DNA of 40,000 nucleotides from assembly GCA_019799925.1 (NCBI GenBank), contig JABGCG010000005.1, positions 128,318 to 168,317 of the forward strand. The letters are read 5' to 3'. The translations under genes and the position numbers were made by a program. Below the pieces are notes generated by a model. The model was not told where the DNA came from and made no database searches. It saw only the letters and a program-made list of their open reading frames with translations. This document shows positions 16,742 through 25,130 of the stretch, piece after piece; the stretch's first letter is position 1; the number at the start of each line of letters is the position of its first letter. The DNA is from Blastococcus sp. CPCC 205250. GTDB lineage: Bacteria; Actinomycetota; Actinomycetes; Mycobacteriales; Geodermatophilaceae.

Positions 16742-17755
16742 TCAGGCCTCGACCCCGACCCCGAGGCCGGCGCCGTTGTCCTCGGCCACGGGGAGGAAGT
16801 AGTCCGGCTTGGCGTCGACGAGGCCGCGGGCCCCGGCGTCGGGGATCCCGGCCATGGCCGAGCGCACCGAGGTGGAGGGCGGGCCGGCGGTGCGCCACTG
16901 GTCGGACAGCTCCGGGGTGCGCCGCCAGGTGCGGCACAGCCACGAGTCCTCGTCGACCTGGATGACCTCGGAGGTGTACTCGCAGACCAGCTGCGCCGGG
17001 TCGGTGTAGTAGGAGAACGTGTTGTCGCCGGGGCCGTGCCGGCCGGGGCCCCACTGCGGCGTGACGCCGTGCACCTTGAGGCTGCCGATGCCGCGCATGA
17101 AGTGGTCGACCGACGTCATCTCGTAGGCGACGTGGTTGACCGACGTCCACGGCGCCTGGTTGAAGGCGATGACGTGGTGCTCGGGGTTGCAGCGCAGGAA
17201 CGACATCTGGTGCTCCGACCAGTCGGAGATCCGCATGCCGAGCACCTGGCAGTAGAAGGCGGTGGCGCGGTCGATGTCGACGGTGTTGAGCACGACGTGG
17301 GCCAGCTTCTTGGGCAGCGCCGCGTACCCGCCCTGGTCCTGGCGGACGACGGCGTTGACGTCGGCGGCGAGCTCCACGACCCGGCCCTCGGGGTCGACCA
17401 GCGCCAGGCCGTAGCCCCCGGCGGCGTCGTCGTAGGCGCCGGGCTCGCGCAGCAGCGGGATGCCCAGGTCGGTCAGCCGGCGGGCGGCGTCGTCGATCTC
17501 CCGGCGGGTGCCGACGGCGAAGCTGACGCCACCGAGGGAGTTCTGCTCGGCCTTATGCAGCTCGAGGACGTGGTGCTCCTCGCCGGTGCCGCGCAGCCAG
17601 AAGCGGTCGGTGTCGGCGTCGCTGAGGCCCAGGCCCCACGCCTCGTTGTAGAAGTCCTTCGAGGCGACCGGGTCGGGCACCCCGAGGGTGACCGAGCGCA
17701 GGGCCATCAGCCGGACGACCGGCCGGTCGGCGTAGTGCACGCGGTGATCGCTCAT
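16742..17755 (-). CDS. Two-domain VOC-superfamily extradiol ring-cleavage dioxygenase
   Basis: 337 aa with duplicated glyoxalase/VOC modules. Candidate metal ligands: KLAHVVLNT, VNHVAYE, VCEYTSE. ATG at 17755 is preceded by AGGAGA. Confidence 0.85.
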   Translation of the reverse strand: MSDHRVHYADRPVVRLMALRSVTLGVPDPVASKDFYNEAWGLGLSDADTDRFWLRGTGEEHHVLELHKAEQNSLGGVSFAVGTRREIDDAARRLTDLGIPLLREPGAYDDAAGGYGLALVDPEGRVVELAADVNAVVRQDQGGYAALPKKLAHVVLNTVDIDRATAFYCQVLGMRISDWSEHQMSFLRCNPEHHVIAFNQAPWTSVNHVAYEMTSVDHFMRGIGSLKVHGVTPQWGPGRHGPGDNTFSYYTDPAQLVCEYTSEVIQVDEDSWLCRTWRRTPELSDQWRTAGPPSTSVRSAMAGIPDAGARGLVDAKPDYFLPVAEDNGAGLGVGVEA

Positions 17756-17773
17756 GTCGTCTCCTGGTGTGTT

Positions 17774-18745
17774 CTACAGATCGAGGACGAGCTCGCGGGA
17801 GCGGCAGCGGGAGACGCAGACCATCATCGTCCCGGCCGCCTCGTGCTCCTCCGGGCTCATGAGGAAGTCGCGGTGGTCGACGTCGCCGCTGATGACGCCG
17901 GTCTCGCAGGTGCCGCAGATGCCCTCGGTGCAGGAGGACAGCACCGGCACGCCGGCGTCCTCGAGCGCCTGCAGGACCGAGGTGTCCGGGCCGACGGGGA
18001 TGCGCTCCCCGGTGGACTGCAGGACGACGTCGAAGGCCTCGTCGGTCTCGCCCTCGGGGACGACGCGCTCCGGCGCCTTGAACCGCTCGAGGCGGAGCAG
18101 GGACGGGTCCTCCATCGCCTCGGCGACGGCGTCCATGAGCGGGGTCGGGCCGCAGCAGTAGACGAGCGTGCGCGGGTCCTGGCTGTGCAGGATCGCCTTG
18201 AGGTCGGGGTAGCGCCCGTTCTCCTCGTCCACGTGCACGTGCACCCGCTCGCGGGGCAGCGCCTCGACGTCGGCCAGGAAGGCCATCGTCTGCCGGCTGC
18301 GGCCGGTGTAGAGCATCGCCCAGTCCGCGCCGCGCGCCTCCAGCTCGCGGGCCATGGTGATGATCGGGGTGATCCCGATCCCGCCCGCGATGAGGAAGTG
18401 CTTCGGCGCCTCCTCCAGGTGGAAGGCGTTGCGCGGCCCGTCGACGGCGATGTGCGCGCCGACCGGCAGCGCGTCGTGGATGTGGCTGCTGCCGCCGCGC
18501 GAGTCGGGGGTGCGCAGCACCGCGACCGTCCACCGCGTCGAGTCCGAGGGGTCCGAGCACAGCGAGTACTCGCGCACCAGCCCGTTGGGCAGGTGGATCG
18601 CCAGGTGCGCACCCGGCTTCCACGTGGGCAGGGCGCCGCCCGAGGGGTCGACCAGCGTCACGCTCGTGATGCCGTCGGCCTCCCAGGTCTTCTGCTGGAC
18701 GCGCAGCGTGTGCTGCTCGTCCTCGCCCGCGAGGTTCCTCTCCAT
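17774..18745 (-). CDS. Phthalate-dioxygenase-reductase-type oxidoreductase (flavin + NAD + plant-type 2Fe-2S)
   Basis: 323 aa. Flavin motif REYSLCS, NAD motif IAGGIGITP, C-terminal cluster CTEGICGTCET..VCVSRC. Confidence 0.9.
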   Translation of the reverse strand: MERNLAGEDEQHTLRVQQKTWEADGITSVTLVDPSGGALPTWKPGAHLAIHLPNGLVREYSLCSDPSDSTRWTVAVLRTPDSRGGSSHIHDALPVGAHIAVDGPRNAFHLEEAPKHFLIAGGIGITPIITMARELEARGADWAMLYTGRSRQTMAFLADVEALPRERVHVHVDEENGRYPDLKAILHSQDPRTLVYCCGPTPLMDAVAEAMEDPSLLRLERFKAPERVVPEGETDEAFDVVLQSTGERIPVGPDTSVLQALEDAGVPVLSSCTEGICGTCETGVISGDVDHRDFLMSPEEHEAAGTMMVCVSRCRSRELVLDL

Positions 18746-18790
18746 GCCCGGACTCCCCAGCTCTGTCGATGTCCTGTCAGGTGCGCGAGG

Positions 18791-19330
18791 TCAGCGCGTG
18801 ACGCCGTACATCTCCGACGACGGCGGGTAGGTCGGCAGCTGCGGCTTGGGGGTGCCGATGATCACGCAGATCAGCGCGTCCTCCTCGCTGACGGTGCGCA
18901 GCGAGCGCGGTACTCCGGCCGGCACGCGGAGGAGGTCGCGGTAGCCCAGGACCCGGGTGGCCTTCTTCGTGCCGTCCTCGACGTCGTGGACGGCGAACTC
19001 GACGCGCCCCTGGAGCACGTAGAAGACCTCCTCCACGTCGTGGTGGGTGTGCTCGGGACCCACGGACCCGGACGGCAGCAGCATGTTCGAGAAGGTGAAG
19101 TGCTCGGCCTGCAGGATGCGGTCGTCCGTGGTGTGGTCGCCGGTCGCACCCGAGCCGATGTAGCGGATCTGTGCGCGCTTGAACTTGTCGCCGCCCTTGG
19201 CCGCCTGGAAGCCCAGGGTGTCCCAGTCCTCGTAGCGGCTCTCGGCGGTGGCGAGGCAGGAGTCGATGAGCTGCTCCAGGTCGGTGCCCTGGGTGCCCTG
19301 CTCGGGGGCGCTGGTCTGCTCGGTGGTCAC
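18791..19330 (-). CDS. Cupin-domain protein (metal-binding motif intact)
   Basis: GTG at 19330 is preceded by GAGGAG. Cupin motif 1, G-x5-H-x-H-x4-E-x6-G, is seen as GSVGPEHTHHDVEEVFYVLQG. Confidence 0.8.
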   Translation of the reverse strand: MTTEQTSAPEQGTQGTDLEQLIDSCLATAESRYEDWDTLGFQAAKGGDKFKRAQIRYIGSGATGDHTTDDRILQAEHFTFSNMLLPSGSVGPEHTHHDVEEVFYVLQGRVEFAVHDVEDGTKKATRVLGYRDLLRVPAGVPRSLRTVSEEDALICVIIGTPKPQLPTYPPSSEMYGVTR

Positions 19331-19368
19331 TGCGGTTCTCCTCTGTTCTGCCGGGGATGGGTCGGTGG

Positions 19369-19740
19369 TCAGTGGGCGCGACCGCGGTGCGCGATCGCCT
19401 CGATCTCGACGGTGGCTCCGTAGGGCAGGCCGGCGACCTCGACGAAGCTGCGCGCCGGCCGCGGCTCGGCGAAGACCCGCTGGTAGTGGGCGTTGGCCTC
19501 GATGCGGAGGCTGACGTCGGTGACGAAGTACGTCGTCTTCACGACGTCGCCCAGGCCGAAGCCCACGGTGTCCAGCCGCTCGGCCAGCCGGGCGGTGGCG
19601 GCCTCGAGGGCCTCCGTGCGCCCGGGGACCGCCGCGCCGTCGGCGTCCACCGACAGGGCCCCGGAGACGAAGGCCATGTCGCCCACGGCGAAGGCGGGGC
19701 TGTAGGGGTGCGCGCCGCTGATCTGCGTGCTCGTGCTCAT
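19369..19740 (-). CDS. RidA/YjgF/L-PSP family protein (canonical Arg present)
   Basis: C-terminal 123 aa of ORF 19369..21051(-). ATG at 19740 overlaps the ALDH stop (ATGA). Motifs VSGALS and PARSFVEVAGLPYGATVEIEAIA. Confidence 0.85.
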   Translation of the reverse strand: MSTSTQISGAHPYSPAFAVGDMAFVSGALSVDADGAAVPGRTEALEAATARLAERLDTVGFGLGDVVKTTYFVTDVSLRIEANAHYQRVFAEPRPARSFVEVAGLPYGATVEIEAIAHRGRAH

Positions 19741-21302
19741 CGCTCGAACCCTCCCGGGGCGCCCCACGCGATCGGGCGTCCGCTGACGTCGACGTAGATG
19801 GACTTCTGGTGCATGTAGGAGCGGATCCCGTCGCGGCCCTTCTCCAGGCCGATGCCGCTCTCCTTGAGCCCGGTGAAGGGGGTGGAGATGCTGAACTGCT
19901 TGTACGTGTTCACCCAGACCGTGCCGGCCTTGACGGCGCGGGCGATGCGCCAGGCGCGGGGGAAGTCGCGGGTCCAGATGCCGGCGGCCAGGCCGAACAC
20001 GGTGTCGTTGGCCTGGGCGACCAGGTCGTCCTCGTCGTCGAAGGTCATCAGCACCGCGACCGGGCCGAAGACCTCCTCCTGGCAGATGGTGTCGCCGTTG
20101 CTGACGCCGGTGAGGACCGTCGGCAGGTAGTAGGCCCCGTCGGCGAGCTCCTCGTGGGCGGGCGCGCGGCCGCCGGTGAGGACCGTGGCGCCGGCGGCCA
20201 CGGCGTCGTCGACCATGCGGGCGACGCCGTCGCGGTGGGAGCGCGTGATCATCGGGGCGACGTGCGTGCGCGGGTCGTCGCCGGGGCCGACGACGAGGCG
20301 CTCGGTGGCGGCGACCAGGCGGGCGGTGAACTCCTCGGCGACCTCGCGGTGCACGAAGACCCGGGAGCCGGCGATGCAGCTCTGCCCGGTCGAGGAGAAG
20401 ATCCCGTAGACCACCCCGGCCACCGCCTGGTCCAGGTCGGCGTCGGGGAAGACGATCGTCGGCGACTTGCCGCCGAGCTCGAGGGTGACCGGCATGACCT
20501 TGCGGGCGGCGACCTCGCCGAGGTGCTTGCCGGTGGTGGTGCCCCCGGTGAAGCTGATCTTCGAGATCTCGGGGTGGGCCACGAGGGCCTCGCCGACCGT
20601 GCGGCCGGGCCCGGGCAGCACCGAGAGCAGCCCGGCGGGCAGGCCGGCCTCCTCGGCGAGGCGGGCCAGGTGCAGCGTCACCCACGGCGCCCAGACCGGC
20701 GGCTTGGACACGACGGCGTTCCCGGCGGCGAGCGCCGGTGCGATCTTCTGCGCGTCGCTGGCGATCGGGGAGTTCCACGGGGTGATGGCGCCGACGACGC
20801 CCATCGGCTCCCAGGTGGCGAAGGTCAGGTAGGCGCCCCGGGACGGGGTGATGTCCCCGACCATGGTCTCCAGGGTGGCGGCCATGTACCGGAACGTGTT
20901 GGCCGCGCTCAGGCACAGCGCCGTGGTCTCGCCGCGGGTCTTGCCGGTGTCCAGGGTCTGCAGCGCCGAGACGGTGTCGGCGTCGCGCTCCAGCGCCTCG
21001 CCGATGCGGTACAGCACGCGGGCCCGCTCGTGCGGCAGCATCGCCGTCCACCCCGACTCGGCCGCGGCCCGCAGGCCGCCGCGCACCGCCCGGTCGACGT
21101 CCTCCACGGTCGCGCCGTGCAGCGTGGCGAAGACCTCGCCGGTGGCCGGGTCGACCGACTCGATGAGCTCGCCGCTCCCCCGCTGCCAGCGGCCGGCCAC
21201 CGGGATCTCGTCCCGCAGCGAGGCCTGCAGCCCGGCCGCGGAGGAGGACCGCTCGGCGGGGGCGTTGGGCACGTCCCGCTCGAGTTCCAGCCGATCGGTC
21301 AT
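19737..21302 (-). CDS. NAD(P)+-dependent aldehyde dehydrogenase
   Basis: ORF 19737..21395(-) trimmed to the ATG at 21302, preceded by GAAGGAG with a 5-nt spacer. ALDH motifs: ITPWNSP, FTGGTTTG, ELGGKSP, GQSCIAGSR. Confidence 0.9.
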   Translation of the reverse strand: MTDRLELERDVPNAPAERSSSAAGLQASLRDEIPVAGRWQRGSGELIESVDPATGEVFATLHGATVEDVDRAVRGGLRAAAESGWTAMLPHERARVLYRIGEALERDADTVSALQTLDTGKTRGETTALCLSAANTFRYMAATLETMVGDITPSRGAYLTFATWEPMGVVGAITPWNSPIASDAQKIAPALAAGNAVVSKPPVWAPWVTLHLARLAEEAGLPAGLLSVLPGPGRTVGEALVAHPEISKISFTGGTTTGKHLGEVAARKVMPVTLELGGKSPTIVFPDADLDQAVAGVVYGIFSSTGQSCIAGSRVFVHREVAEEFTARLVAATERLVVGPGDDPRTHVAPMITRSHRDGVARMVDDAVAAGATVLTGGRAPAHEELADGAYYLPTVLTGVSNGDTICQEEVFGPVAVLMTFDDEDDLVAQANDTVFGLAAGIWTRDFPRAWRIARAVKAGTVWVNTYKQFSISTPFTGLKESGIGLEKGRDGIRSYMHQKSIYVDVSGRPIAWGAPGGFER

Positions 21303-21324
21303 GGTGTCTCCTTCGGTACGGCCC

Positions 21325-21355
21325 CTCTGAGTGCTCATCTTCTTAGCGCTCAGAG
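21325..21355. promoter_or_regulatory. Inverted repeat (candidate operator) in the operon leader
   Basis: CTCTGAGTGCT-n9-AGCGCTCAGAG: 11-bp arms with 1 mismatch. It lies between the predicted -10 box and the RBS of the ALDH gene. Confidence 0.45.
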
Positions 21356-21366
21356 ATCTGTCTACG

Positions 21367-21395
21367 AATGTAGGAGTGGCCTCGGCCACGGTCAA
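21367..21395 (-). promoter_or_regulatory. Sigma-70/SigA-like promoter for the catabolic operon
   Basis: The minus strand reads TTGACC-17 nt-TACATT. The -35 box is plus-strand 21390-21395 and the -10 box is 21367-21372. It starts 20 nt downstream of the upstream gene's stop and lies about 65 nt upstream of the ATG at 21302. Confidence 0.5.
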
Positions 21396-21414
21396 GGGCT
21401 GGGGGCGGTCGGTT

Positions 21415-22269
21415 TCAGGCGATCAGCGGCGGTCGGGCCGTCAGCCCGCTGAGCGTGCGCAGGATCGAGTACGGGACCACCGCGCTGGTGCGCGGGTTGT
21501 CCGGGGTGGGGCGGTTCTGGACCTCGAAGACGTAGGAGCCCTGGGAACCCGACGCCTCGATGCGGTGGGTGGTCAGCTCGGCCGCCGGGTCCGCGTGCAG
21601 CTCCACGCGGACGACGTCCGGGTCGCCGACGGCGAGCGCCAGGGCGGCGGCCACGTTGAGCGACTGCGGGAAGAGGCGGGCTGCCTCGCCCGGGGTGCCG
21701 GCGAAGACGAGCACGTCCGTGGCGGCGTCGGCCACGCGGTGGGCCTCCGCCTCGTCCATCCAGGGCTGCACGAGCGCCGCCGGCTTCTTGGTCGTGCGCA
21801 GGACCGCCCGGTCGAGACCGCCGACGGCGGCCGCCGAGGCGAGCAGGTCCAGCCCGCCCAGCGCGCCGTGCGTGCAGCGCAGCCGGCCGGGCCCCAGCTC
21901 GCCGAGCCGGCCGGCCAGCGCGGGGTCCAGCAGGCCGGCGACCGAGCTCACGACCAGGTCGCGGCCGGCCGAGAGGACCGGTTCCACCGCCGCCACCAGG
22001 GCGGCGGAGCCGGCGCACTCGACGACGACGTCGGCGACCTCGAGGGCCTCGAGGAGCGACAGCCGCGGCACCGGGAGCTCCGGGACCTCGGAGCGGGTGA
22101 CGACGCACACCAGCGTGGCGCCGTCCACCGCCCCGGCCAGGAGCTCCCGGGCGACCACCCGGCCGATGGCGCCGTGACCCAGCAGGGCCACGCGGAGCCC
22201 GGCACCCGGGGTGCCGGCGGGACCGGCGGGCACCGGGACGCCGGCGGCGTCAGCGGCTCGGGTGGTCAT
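21415..22269 (-). CDS. Aspartate-dehydrogenase-domain (NadX-like) NAD(P)-dependent dehydrogenase
   Basis: 284 aa. Rossmann motif RVALLGHGAIGRVVA. C-terminal region PGEAARLFPQSLNVAAALALA..ELHADP is typical of the aspartate dehydrogenase/DUF108 family. An internal GTG just before VALLGHG is an alternative start. Confidence 0.75.
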   Translation of the reverse strand: MTTRAADAAGVPVPAGPAGTPGAGLRVALLGHGAIGRVVARELLAGAVDGATLVCVVTRSEVPELPVPRLSLLEALEVADVVVECAGSAALVAAVEPVLSAGRDLVVSSVAGLLDPALAGRLGELGPGRLRCTHGALGGLDLLASAAAVGGLDRAVLRTTKKPAALVQPWMDEAEAHRVADAATDVLVFAGTPGEAARLFPQSLNVAAALALAVGDPDVVRVELHADPAAELTTHRIEASGSQGSYVFEVQNRPTPDNPRTSAVVPYSILRTLSGLTARPPLIA

Positions 22270-22276
22270 CGGCGGA

Positions 22277-23281
22277 TCAGCCCTCGGCGACGTAGGTGTC
22301 GTCGGCCGGGTCGTAGCCGTCCTCGAGCAGCCCCTGCCCGACCAGGATGTCGGTGACCTCCTGGATGCGCTCCACGTCGGTCTCGGTCAGGAACTCCGGC
22401 AGGGCGATCTCCTGCGCGACCTCCGGGGACACCTGCGCGATGGTCGGCAGCCACTCACGCCACTCGGCCTCCTTCGCCACGATGTCCTCGCCTGCGGCGT
22501 ACATGGCGCGGGCGAAGGCGGCGACGGTGTTCGGGTTGGACTCGATGAACTGGTCGCTGGCGATGAAGTTCGACACCGCCAGGCCGTCGTTCGGGCCGTC
22601 CTCGGCGGTCAGGTCGACGATCTCGCGCATGCCGGCACCGAGGGCCGCCGAGGAGAACGGCTCCGGCGAGTAGCCGACGTCGATCGAGCCGGCCTGGACG
22701 CCGGACAGCATCTCCGGGAAGGGCACCTCGACGAAGGTGGGCTCGACGTCGTCCAGCCCCTCCTCGTCCAGCAGGTTGCGCAGGGTCACGTCACCGATGT
22801 TGTTGGTGGCGTTGATGCCGATGGTGGCGCCGTCGAGGTCCTCGAGGGTCTGGATGTCGGAGTCGGGCTCGACGTAGACCGACAGGCCACCGGCACCCAG
22901 GGCGCTGGTGAGGACGACGGTCTGGATCGGCAGCCCGCTCTGGGCGGCGATCGACGTCGAGATGGTGTTGGAGAAGCTCATGTCGAGCTCACCGGTCGCC
23001 ACGTTCTGCGCGGCCTGCGGGCCGCCCTGCACCGGCTCGAGGGTGACCGTGAGGCCCTCCTCCTCGAAGAAGCCGTTCTCCTGCGCCCAGTACAGGGCGG
23101 AGTAGTCGGCCAGCGGCAGGGCGCCGACGGTGATCTCGGTGGTCTCGAGCTCGCCGTCGGCGGAGCCACCACCCCCGCCGGAGCCGCCGCTGCCGCCCCC
23201 GTCGTCGTCCGAACCGCCGCACGCGGCCAGACCCAGCATCGCGAACGCGGTCGCACCCGCGACCACCCCACGGACCTTCAT
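22277..23281 (-). CDS. ABC transporter substrate-binding lipoprotein (NitT/TauT, NMT1/THI5-like)
   Basis: Signal peptide with lipobox MKVRGVVAGATAFAMLGLAACGG, followed by a Gly/Ser linker. The periplasmic-binding-protein pattern resembles nitrate/sulfonate/taurine-type SBPs. ATG at 23281 is preceded by GGAGG. Confidence 0.85.
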   Translation of the reverse strand: MKVRGVVAGATAFAMLGLAACGGSDDDGGGSGGSGGGGGSADGELETTEITVGALPLADYSALYWAQENGFFEEEGLTVTLEPVQGGPQAAQNVATGELDMSFSNTISTSIAAQSGLPIQTVVLTSALGAGGLSVYVEPDSDIQTLEDLDGATIGINATNNIGDVTLRNLLDEEGLDDVEPTFVEVPFPEMLSGVQAGSIDVGYSPEPFSSAALGAGMREIVDLTAEDGPNDGLAVSNFIASDQFIESNPNTVAAFARAMYAAGEDIVAKEAEWREWLPTIAQVSPEVAQEIALPEFLTETDVERIQEVTDILVGQGLLEDGYDPADDTYVAEG

Positions 23282-23296
23282 GGAAGTACCTCCGGC

Positions 23297-23309
23297 CTCA
23301 GAATCTGAG
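23297..23309. promoter_or_regulatory. Perfect 6-1-6 palindrome just upstream of the SBP gene RBS
   Basis: CTCAGA-A-TCTGAG inside the 117-nt gap between the ATPase and SBP genes. It shares CTCAGA/TCTGAG with the 21325-21355 repeat. Confidence 0.3.
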
Positions 23310-23398
23310 CTCTCAATGGTGTGCGCGACGGGGCCCGGTCGGGCTCCGTCGGGTGGAACGGCGGACCCGGGGGACCGGGCCGCACCCGGCGGGCCGGG

Positions 23399-24223
23399 TC
23401 AGACGGGGGTCGCGTGCTCCTTGCTGCGGAGCAGGCGGGTGACGTGGCCGCGGATCTCGACGAAGCGCGGGTCGGTCTTGGTGGCGATGTGGTCGCGGGG
23501 GCGCGGCAGGTCGACGTCGATGACCTCGGCCACCACGCTCGGCGGCGCGGACAGCACGATGATCCGGTCGGCCAGGTAGACGCTCTCGTCGATGTCGTGG
23601 GTGACCACGAGGACCGTGATGCCGAGCTCGGACTGGATCCGCATGAGCAGGTCCTCGAGGTCGGCGCGGGTCTGCGCGTCCACGGAGGCGTAGGGCTCGT
23701 CCATCAGCAGCAGCTTGGGGTGGCTGGCCAGGGCACGGGCGATGGCCACGCGCTGCTGCATGCCGCCGGACATCTGCCAGGGGTAGAGCTTCTCCTTGCC
23801 CGAGAGCCCGACCTCCTCGATGGCGAACCGGACCCGCTCGGCCCGCTCCTTGGCCGGCAGGTGCTTGATCGGGAAGGCGACGTTCTTGTCCACCCGCATC
23901 CAGGGGAACAGCGAGCGCGAGTAGTCCTGGAAGACCATCGCCAGGCCCTCGGGGACGCCCTTGACCGGGACGCCCTCGAACTCGACGCGGCCGGCCGTCG
24001 GCTCGTCGAGGCCGGAGATGATCCGCAGCAGCGTGGACTTGCCGCAGCCGGAGGGGCCGACGATGACGCTGATCTTCGAGGCGGGGACCTCGGCGCTGAT
24101 GCTGCGGACGGCGAGGTTGTCGCCGTAGCTGCGGGAGACGCCGTCGAGCAGGAGCTCGGCGCTGCCGGCGGCTGGGGAGGCGGCGCGGGGCACGGGGTTC
24201 TCGGTCACTCGGGTCTCAGTCAT
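23399..24223 (-). CDS. ABC transporter ATP-binding protein (NitT/TauT family)
   Basis: Walker [10 protein letters not shown], signature [15 protein letters not shown], Walker B LLLMDEP. ATG at 24223 overlaps the permease stop by 8 nt. Confidence 0.92.
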   Translation of the reverse strand: MTETRVTENPVPRAASPAAGSAELLLDGVSRSYGDNLAVRSISAEVPASKISVIVGPSGCGKSTLLRIISGLDEPTAGRVEFEGVPVKGVPEGLAMVFQDYSRSLFPWMRVDKNVAFPIKHLPAKERAERVRFAIEEVGLSGKEKLYPWQMSGGMQQRVAIARALASHPKLLLMDEPYASVDAQTRADLEDLLMRIQSELGITVLVVTHDIDESVYLADRIIVLSAPPSVVAEVIDVDLPRPRDHIATKTDPRFVEIRGHVTRLLRSKEHATPV

Positions 24224-25130
24224 TCTGCTGGGTCGCTCCTCGGTGCCAGGCGAGCGCGCGGCGCTCGATTGCCAGGAAGATGGAGTTGAAGAGGACGCCG
24301 AGGATCACCAGGACGATGAGGACCGCCCAGAAGCCGGCGTAGTCGAACGTGCGCTGGGACTGGATGAGCAGGTAGCCCAGCCCGTTCTCGGACTTCTGCA
24401 GCTCCGAGATGATCATCAGGATCAGGGAGAACGACAGCGACGTCCGGATGCCGGCGAAGATCTTCGGCGCGGCACCCGGCAGGACGATGTGCGTCAGCAC
24501 GTCGCGCCCGGGGATGCGGAAGACCTGCGCGGCCTGGGCCCGGGTCTGCCCGATCGAGCTGACGCCGTCGATCGTGTTGAGCAGGATCGGCCAGACGACG
24601 CTGAAGGCGATCAGGAAGACCTTCGGCGAGTCCCCGGTGCCGAACAGGAAGAAGAAGACGCCGAGCAGGGCCGGGCTGGGCAGCGACCGGCCGAGGTGGA
24701 TCAGCGGCTGGAACAGCGCCGTGAGCACCGGGGAGATGCCCAGCAGGACGCCGATGACGACGCCCACGACGATCGCGATGCCCAGGCCCGCCAGGGCCCG
24801 GCCCACGCTCGGGAAGAGGTGGTCGAACGTGGCGTCGCCCAGGAAGAACCGTGACGCGTCGCCGGAGAGGAACTCCTCGACGAAGCGCTCGAACGAGGTG
24901 AGCGGGTCCTTGACGAACAGGCCCGACCGCTCGCCCTGCGAGGCGGCGTACCAGCCGCCCAGGATCGCCGCGGGGACGACGAGGCGGAGCAGGACGGTGA
25001 CCGGCCAGGGGAAGCCGGCGCGCGCCTTCCTGCGCGGCGGCGCCGGGACGGCGGCGCGCTCCTCGACGGCCTCGGACTCCGGGGCGCTGAGCGGCACGTG
25101 GATGGGGTCGGTCCCCTGCTGGATCGTCAT
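24216..25130 (-). CDS. ABC transporter permease (BPD_transp_1 type)
   Basis: C-terminal 304 aa of ORF 24216..25706(-). Six hydrophobic segments. An EAA-like loop contains AAQVFRIPGRDVLTHIVLPGAAP. ATG at 25130 overlaps the upstream stop (ATGA). Confidence 0.85.
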   Translation of the reverse strand: MTIQQGTDPIHVPLSAPESEAVEERAAVPAPPRRKARAGFPWPVTVLLRLVVPAAILGGWYAASQGERSGLFVKDPLTSFERFVEEFLSGDASRFFLGDATFDHLFPSVGRALAGLGIAIVVGVVIGVLLGISPVLTALFQPLIHLGRSLPSPALLGVFFFLFGTGDSPKVFLIAFSVVWPILLNTIDGVSSIGQTRAQAAQVFRIPGRDVLTHIVLPGAAPKIFAGIRTSLSFSLILMIISELQKSENGLGYLLIQSQRTFDYAGFWAVLIVLVILGVLFNSIFLAIERRALAWHRGATQQND

